From Dysidea avara (Eukaryota): 64,000 nt of DNA. Shown in pieces: positions 57,401 to 64,000 of this stretch. The stretch is from assembly GCF_963678975.1 (NCBI RefSeq), contig NC_089278.1, positions 6,672,531 through 6,736,530 of the forward strand, read 5' to 3'. Every line of letters starts with the position of its first letter. Positions within the stretch are counted from its first letter, which is position 1. The translations under genes and the position numbers were made by a program. The notes under the pieces are model-generated. The model saw only the letters and a program-made list of their open reading frames with translations, was not told the origin of the DNA and did not search any database.

Positions 57401-57632
57401 ATAGCCATTGGCTATACACCGAGTCACGTATGGCCTTTGCTGGGTCCAGACTGGAGGTGTCTCTTGAAATATCACTCGCACTAGATACATGTTGTCTTTT
57501 GCTCTTCAAGCTGCCACCAGTTAGTTTAGTGTGTTCTGCAGGCTTTGTGTCAGCATCATCATCTGATGAATTACTATCTGATTCCATCACCATCTTCATG
57601 ATATCAGTTAATTCCTCTGTGTTAGAGGACAT
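54492..57632 (-). CDS. K/E-rich coiled-coil protein with repeated A-x-x-W motifs, CCDC34-like (DUF4207). Three exons; the first intron is 1.8 kb and packed with MITEs.
   Basis: The exons are as follows. (1) 57114-57632, MSSNTEELTDIMKMV...SVYSQWLSEKKAKIKEKK...CKKAYKIWKAKKDKD...KIKQEKG, followed by a gtaagt-like donor. (2) 54993-55170, ...EREEEEASKADERKQQAEIVIASWQKQKGEKLKGLHAKQAKQREEEKQRLEQEAERKSISRLAFDKW. (3) 54492-54900, ...LSKMAFDHWKQRKDEEKK...QPWRPARAVQYNYLKSP.... The Ax(F/Y)xxWxxxK repeats resemble the EWLxxK repeats of human CCDC34. Confidence 0.45.
55590..56500. mobile_element. Cluster of at least 4 MITE copies of the ATACTCTAATAGAGCAGTCA family, inside the CCDC34-like intron.
   Basis: Forward termini lie near 55596, 55725, 55944, 55975 and 56437. 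Inverted termini lie at 56218-56266. One complete element (about 55944-56266) also carries an internal inverted repeat, TAAGTCAGTGTTCACACAGTATGGCTATT paired with AATAGCCATACTGTGTGAACACTGACTTA. Confidence 0.5.
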
Positions 57633-57863
57633 ACTAGATCAGTGTCGCTCGTACAGTGACCTCAACTGTAAAGTGGAACAAGTTATATAAGTATTTCTAT
57701 TTAATGCACACCATATGTAGTAATTTTCACCTTGAGGTAGCATACAATTACAAAATTTCACACACAGAATACTCACTGTACTTACTACGTATACCTCAAA
57801 TCGTGTTATCGTTTAGTCTGTGTCTTCAACAGTTGGTAACCACTGGCAACGCAAGTAAATATC
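57633..57863. promoter_or_regulatory. Putative bidirectional promoter between the CCDC34-like gene (minus) and the HEAT-repeat gene (plus).
   Basis: The start codons are about 230 bp apart. Confidence 0.3.
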
Positions 57864-60735
57864 ATGTCGGAAATGTCAGAATTGTACGCGGTAGGACATG
57901 GCGTGTCTGTGCCTACAGTGAGGGGCTACTCTGGTGGGAAGGAACGCTGTGTCTCCGCTGGTTCTCCAGGTACCAAACGGAGAAGTGGGTCGGGAATTAA
58001 AGGCAAAAAGGTTTCGGGAAACCTATCTCCACTTAATCATACTAAGTTGAATTTCACACGTGAAGTGGTGCAACAAAGGAGTCCCCATACCATCACCTAC
58101 TCACAGACCAAACTGGACAGTATATTCGATCCGTGTATTCTGCCTCCAGCCCAGACATTAGCTGCTAGTGGTAAAACTAAAAGGAAGGGGCATCCTGTGC
58201 TGCCAAAGAAGCACAGCTGTGTTCATAAGGAGACTTCCACCATTCTACCGCCTATTGACAGCCCTAGATACAGTACTGGACAGATTAAACAACATCAAGT
58301 TGAAGACTTGATCCAAGATGTACCTGCCTCTAAAACAGACTTTCTCACTCAGTTACATGAAGGCATTATGCCCATACATAGAGTAAATGCTAAGAGAGGA
58401 ACTATACAGCTAGGTGATGTGGAGTATAATGTACCTCTACAAGCTAGCTACCCTAATGAACCAAATGAGTGGTGTAAATCAATTAATACTTCTCTTCTCA
58501 ACAAGATTACCAAGGGTCGTCCACAGTGGACTGGCCTGCCTCAACCAATTGAGGTACGTACAATACTACTTTGCTGACCTGTGAGTGCTATTAAAATATG
58601 TAGCCTCCTCCTGCAATGGAGTGGTCTGAAGAGCAAACTTATCCAGTGGATATTAGTAATAGTTACCAACCACCAGCAGAGCACCCTAATGATGACATAG
58701 TAGATGAGACAAAGGAATATATTAAAATTGGTTAGTACCTAATATACTGTTAATGGTTATATAGGTCTGCTATATTACAGTGAGAGAGTGGTATGGAAAG
58801 TGGGGGATTTCCCCATGTTTACAGGGAGTGACAATCACATCTCTGCTCACCCAATTATCCAGCATCAATGAAGGTGTCCAGCTAACAGCCTTGGCCACTT
58901 GTGGCAAAGTGGCGAGTGTTGGCATAGGCAATGTCATCAGTAGTAGTAGTAGTAGTAGTGATGTCATCACTGGTGATTCCCCTCCTGCATTACAGCAATT
59001 AATTGAAGTTCTTGAGAGATTACTGGACAGTCAAAGTGAACCAGTACGTGTTGGAGCAGCTATTGTATTGTACACAATTGGGGCTGGCAATGCTGAGGTA
59101 GCATAATAGGTTAAGATAGGTACATTACTATGATCACTTTTACAGACGGAGGAAGTACTATTAGCTTGTCTCACAACATCTGCACCAGCAGAGAGTTGGG
59201 CAGCTGTACAATGTCTGGCTCACATTGGGGTGTGTCGTCCTGTAGTGGTGCGGCTACTGATGACACACTTGCACTCATTTCATGACTCCCAGCAACAGTC
59301 ACAGGCGGCAACACTGTTAGGTCTGCTTAGCCGATCATCAAAGTTGGTTCATGCTATGGTGGCAGAAGAATTGAAGAGTATCAACTGGCAGGAGAGAGTT
59401 GCAGCTTGTAAACTGATGCCACTACTACATGAGGGAATCAATAAGGCATGTGGTACACATACCAAGCTGCTCTCACTAGTATGTGCTATAGGATATGTGT
59501 GACACCTTGTTGTATCTGATGTTGGAGGACTGGAACCCACAAGTACGCAAGGCAGCTGCCAATGCTTTAGGAGAAACTGGCAATGGAAAAGTGTGTTTGT
59601 GTGTGCATGCGTGGGTGTTCTAATAGAACAGCTGTTACTGAGCTGTATATTCTATTAGGAATTTATGTTTATACATGCCATGAACCATTTTAGTACACGT
59701 ATGCACACACTGCTATGTTATTGTACATTTCAAAGGTACTACATGATGAGTTACAAAGAAGACTATCTGAAGGAAATGAGGTGAAGAGGATGGATGCTCT
59801 CAGGAAGGTACTTGTTATCAACAAATCAAACATGGTATTACCAGCCACATCAGATTTATACCCTCAAGCTGATGACACCAAAATTACTGCCAGTGTTTCT
59901 CTCATGTCTTACTGATGAGTACATTTCTATCAAGATAGAGGCCATATCAGTTAGTAACAGCAGTTATTTGGTGTATGGTATTTGTATGTGTTCAACAGAT
60001 AGCAGGCGGTTTACAACTGCAGGATGGTAGTGTGATTGAGAAATTGTTAGCCTTACTGCACGACACCTGCTGGAAGATCAGAGCACATGCAATCAAAGGT
60101 ACATACACACAAGAGGACAACAATTACTACCAATGATTTTAGCATTAGGTGATATTGGATTTGTGAGCAATGATGTTACCAAGTCACTTCTATGGTGTGC
60201 TCGTAATGATCGTGTGCCTGTAGTCAGGAGGCAGGCTTGTCATGCCATTGCTTGTCTTCATATCACCACAGACACAACGGTAACCACTTTGAAGAACATG
60301 TTAGAATTAGATGATGACCAGGATGTTCAACGGTAATACTTGATCTTTAAAGAAGACAAATGTACACATGATATATTGTGTAGTGAAGTTGCTGAGACAC
60401 TCATCAAACTTGGCTTTGACCCAGAACCAAGTCACAGTACTGCTGACATGATAACTGAAGAAATAAAAAGGCTGAGTACTCAAGAGGCCATTACTCAACG
60501 AATCATGCAGCAATCTCCATCATCTCGTTGTAGCTCAAGAAGTTCTCGCTTTACTGGCTCATCACGGCCACCAACGGCTTGTGAAAAGCCTGGGCACAAA
60601 AATCAAACTGTACACAATCAGACAAATTCCCCATCACATCTAGTAAAGCTACCAGAAAAAACATGGACGCCAGACACAGCCTTCATTAATGGCCAATTGG
60701 AATTGATTAGAAGAAAATGTGTGATAAACATGTAA
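57864..60735 (+). CDS. HEAT-repeat protein (possibly HEATR4-like), about 10 exons.
   Basis: Exon 1 (57864-58553) reads MSEMSELYAVGHG...GLPQPIE, followed by a gtacgt donor. Later exons are as follows. (1) 58597-58730. (2) 58782-59095, with ...EPVRVGAAIVLYTIGAGNAE. (3) 59150-59450. (4) DMCDTLLYLMLEDWNPQVRKAAANALGETGNGK (59497-59590). (5) VLHDELQRRLSEGNEVKRMDALRK.... (6) IAGGLQLQDGSVIEKLLALLHDTCWKIRAHAIK. (7) ALGDIGFVSNDVTKSLLWCARNDRVPVVRRQACHAIACL (60136-60333). (8) A last exon ending ...ELIRRKCVINM* (60735). The recurring VR-x-x-A-x-x-ALG motifs are typical of HEAT repeats. Confidence 0.5.
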
Positions 60736-60748
60736 AAATAGAAAACGA

Positions 60749-63722
60749 TTTAAATATTAGTAAAGTGATTCAATCAATTCTTTATGTTTCTTCATTACCA
60801 CTGGTCTCTTTAGTTTTAGTGTTGGTGCTGCGTGTTACAAAAGTTAAAATCATTCTACATAAATCACTATTTCTTACTTAGTTCACCTCCAGCAATTGAG
60901 AAATCTTTTTCTAAAATAACCCACTTCACAATCTGTTGAGAAGTACAGATGATAACTGTTAATTTCATCTCACTATAAACCTTGTGTGGTTTAGCAATTG
61001 CTTTTTTATTTGCCTCGTCTATTCCTTTCTTGATCAGCTTCAACACATTAGCATCTCCTCTGTCTTGTACGATTTCTGTGACTGTAGTGGCTGAACTGCC
61101 AGCAAGTCGACACTCAACAATGGCCGACTCTGACAACTGATCTGTTGGTAAACCGGATTTATCATCTGTCACCGTCTACAACAGACAGGTATCAGTGAGT
61201 GGCTAGCTACTGCAATGTACCTTTAGTGTCAGTAAACAGGAGAGGTATTTCATCTGGTCACCTACAACCATAGCATTACTGACAATATGTAGTTGTTCTT
61301 TGACAGCATTTTCTATTGGTACTGGTGGAATATTCTCCCCTCCAGCAGTGATGATTAGTTCTACAGGTTGAGTGGTGCTAAACATGACAAAAATGGCTGG
61401 TTTATTGTACCCTTTAGTCTGCCAGTTATAAACAGGTATCTATCCTGTGGAGAAAACAGCATAGTAAACTGTCACATAGTGATGTTGTGTTACCGCATCA
61501 ATGAAGCCAAGGTCACCTGATTTCAACCAGCCATCTTCAGTAAATTCACTTGCTGTTTTCTCAGGGTTTCTCAAGTAACCCATAAACACATGTCTGCCAA
61601 AGATTAGCACCTATTAAACACGCAACTAAATACAGGACTTCTAATACAACCTCATTACCTCTCCTTGCCCACTAACATCTGGATTATTGATACGTAATTT
61701 GACTCCAGAGGGCTCCTTGCCAGCAGCACGATACCTCATGGCTCGTTCCACACTTATTGTTGTTGGTCCTGTGGTCTCCGTCATACCATACATTTCATGT
61801 AGCACAATGTTCACACTGAGGAAATATGATAACGTCTCCTCGCTAATAGGAGCAGCACCAGTCATAGGGAAGTGACAACGATCCAATCCTAAGGCAGTCT
61901 TAATCTACAACCAACACTAAGTAGCATGTAAGCACTGCTCAACCCACCCTCTTGAAGTACAAGTAGTTAGCTACACCCCAACCAAACGGAGTTCCCTTCC
62001 TACACAATAATACTCTTCACAGACCATTTAACATAGCCATACCCAGCCATCTTGTTGTGGTTGCCCTTCAAGCCTACAGTCTTGGCCCACGATGATATAC
62101 GAGCCTTCAAGCCTGTGAGACTGTTAGCCACTAACTGCATACCCTCTGCAATCTTCTCCCATACTCTGTGTGTACGAAGTGTGACCAGTGACTAAGCTGC
62201 ATGCATGTCATCATGATCACCTTGGTACACCAAGAAATATTGTAGGCCTGACTTCCTTCATTGTTTGTATGAGAGAGCCCTGGAAAGAGCCAGCATATTT
62301 GCATACTGTGTCTGTGTAATCTACTCACCTTCATGGCATCTGGCTGGGCAAACCAAACAGTACCAGCAGATGACAATGGTACATATATATCTATGAGTTG
62401 GGAGGCAATGTGGCTTAGTGGCAAGTAGCTGACAAAGTGCTCTGCGCCCATCGATGCTTTAGTATACTGTATCACTCTATTACACATCCATGTGACCTAC
62501 AAGATGTTGTATATGTTCATACAGTAGTCCTTAGTGCATTATGACATACATTATCATGGCTGATCATAACTCCTTTAGGAGTACCAGTTGTGCCTGACTG
62601 TGTGGGGGTTAACATGACACATACATTGACACACTGCTAGTGTATAAGACTCACAGTATAAATAACACTGCAACAAGTGTTTGGCTTGTTTAATTTCATC
62701 CTCTCATACAGCTTTTCAGAGCTTTGTCGAGCTCCAAGCTGCATAACAGCCTTCCACTATAAATTATATATCAATTATAACACAACCATGTAAACTATAC
62801 AATTCCTTACATCCATGACGTTCTGTTCAGATTTTGTCCCATCTGCAGAACAATTTATTATTACCTTAAGATGAGGCAGGTTGTGACGACATGTCAGTAT
62901 TTTATGTATCTGGTAGTCATTCTCAACTACAATGATATTAGCTTGACAGTCGCCTGCTATAAACTGGCACACATCAGGATTACTGGTCAGGTAAATACCC
63001 ACAGATTGACCACTGCAGGGATGAAGACAATTATAATATTGCTGTGCACGTCACTCTTACCCAGCCATCATAGCAGCCATATGGGACATTAACCACTCGG
63101 GTGAGTTGTAGCCAAGGAGGCACACACCATGCTGGGGTTCTAAGCCAAGCTGTAGTGTGAAACATAGCTATTTGAGGAGTGCAGTGTGCTTCTTACTTCA
63201 ATGAAGGCTTTAGCAACAGTCTGACAATTGTTGTAATATTTATCATAAGTCCAGTGATGCCAAGTACCCATTTTCTTGATAGCAATTGCTGGATTTTTTC
63301 TATATTTTTCAACAGTCTTTCGAAACATGTCAAGGACAGTGTAAGGTGGTTCAGCAGCTGTACCTTCCTCTCCCATCCTTAACTTCACTTCCTTTGAAGG
63401 ATCAGTGACCCAATAACTATTCAGATGGTCACTGGAAATCTCCTCCTCTTTAATAGCATCCACTCTAGGTGCAGCAAATTCATCATCTCTGTCAAACAGT
63501 TGATTTGCTGCTTCTTCCTCTGAGCCCATATCAACATAGCAAGACAATCGCTTGACAATGTTCTCGTCTTCATCAGCAGTAATATCCGTCTCCACTGGAG
63601 GGCTGCAAACATATGCTGCGTTATGCAGTTAGTTGCATCAACTGTTCCCTTACTTCGTTAAATTAACGTCATCTTCATCCAAACCACCATCTGCCATATC
63701 AGCAGCACTTATCAGACGGCTA
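60749..63722 (-). CDS. ACSBG: Long-chain fatty-acid CoA ligase ACSBG (bubblegum family), about 12 exons.
   Basis: Exon 1 (about 63685-63722) reads [15 protein letters not shown], followed by a gtaagg donor. Exon 2 (63140-63600) reads [13 protein letters not shown]...[73 protein letters not shown]. The next exon reads [30 protein letters not shown]. The AMP-binding motif reads [16 protein letters not shown] (about 62540-62600). Later exons read [33 protein letters not shown], then [17 protein letters not shown], then [13 protein letters not shown], then [24 protein letters not shown]. The last exon reads ...[17 protein letters not shown] (stop at about 60749). Confidence 0.8.
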
Positions 63723-64000
63723 CCTCGATAATCAAGATGATAATAGCACGTGCACCCTGTTCACGTAATAAAACGTAAACGCGGGAGCTTTAAATAAACT
63801 TTTTATAACGCTCATCACTCCCTTACCACGCCTACACTGCAGCAGCGAATGGACGGAAACTTGGTAGCAGCAGTGACCGATGAGGACTACACGTTAGTTT
63901 GTCGCTTGTATATGTCCAGTGTATAGAGCTCTCTCTGGGTCTTAAATATTCAAACTATACTGAACTATCCTAATATAATGACAGATCAGTGGCGGAGGAA

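Noticed and set aside
57181-57690. The plus-strand 169-aa ORF (MTHRHVTTVPFSCFIFSFS...).
   Set aside because: It is antisense to the well-supported first coding exon of the CCDC34-like gene (57114-57632, minus strand). It is low-complexity and S/F/L-rich.

Overview
Eukaryotic (metazoan-like) nuclear DNA, about 40% GC, gene-dense and intron-containing. Introns range from ultra-short (44-51 nt) to about 2 kb. The window holds microsatellites, many MITE-like inverted-repeat elements and one degenerate DIRS-like retroelement. From spliced reading of both strands I can support 15 protein-coding loci. They are: a Miro (RHOT-like) GTPase (5' partial); a tandem pair of secreted DUF547 proteins; an N-myristoylated coiled-coil protein; a tandem pair of a novel gene family; a TEP1-like TROVE-DUF4062-NACHT-WD40 giant (7.9 kb CDS with a single 48-nt intron); a small unknown gene divergent from PMS1; a PMS1 (MutL family) gene; a catalytically dead myotubularin-related pseudophosphatase (MTMR10-12-like); a METTL18/HPM1-like methyltransferase; an NADPH-dependent FMN reductase-like flavoprotein; a CCDC34-like W-repeat coiled-coil protein; a HEAT-repeat protein; and an ACSBG (bubblegum) acyl-CoA synthetase. 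Several gene pairs are divergent with intergenic spacers of only 70-230 bp. A low-confidence minus-strand candidate locus at 16930-18615 is listed as a feature but not counted in the 15. Mobile and repeat content: a DIRS-like tyrosine-recombinase retroelement carrying a nested MITE insertion; a roughly 920-bp TIR element; a perfect 118-bp-arm hairpin (foldback or hairpin-RNA candidate); a LINE 3' fragment; and an abundant MITE family whose termini share the motif ATACTCTAATAGAGCAGTCA (at least 15 copies). No tRNA, rRNA or CRISPR is supported. Exon boundaries are hand-derived and approximate. The first M of many supplied ORFs is a non-ATG artefact.
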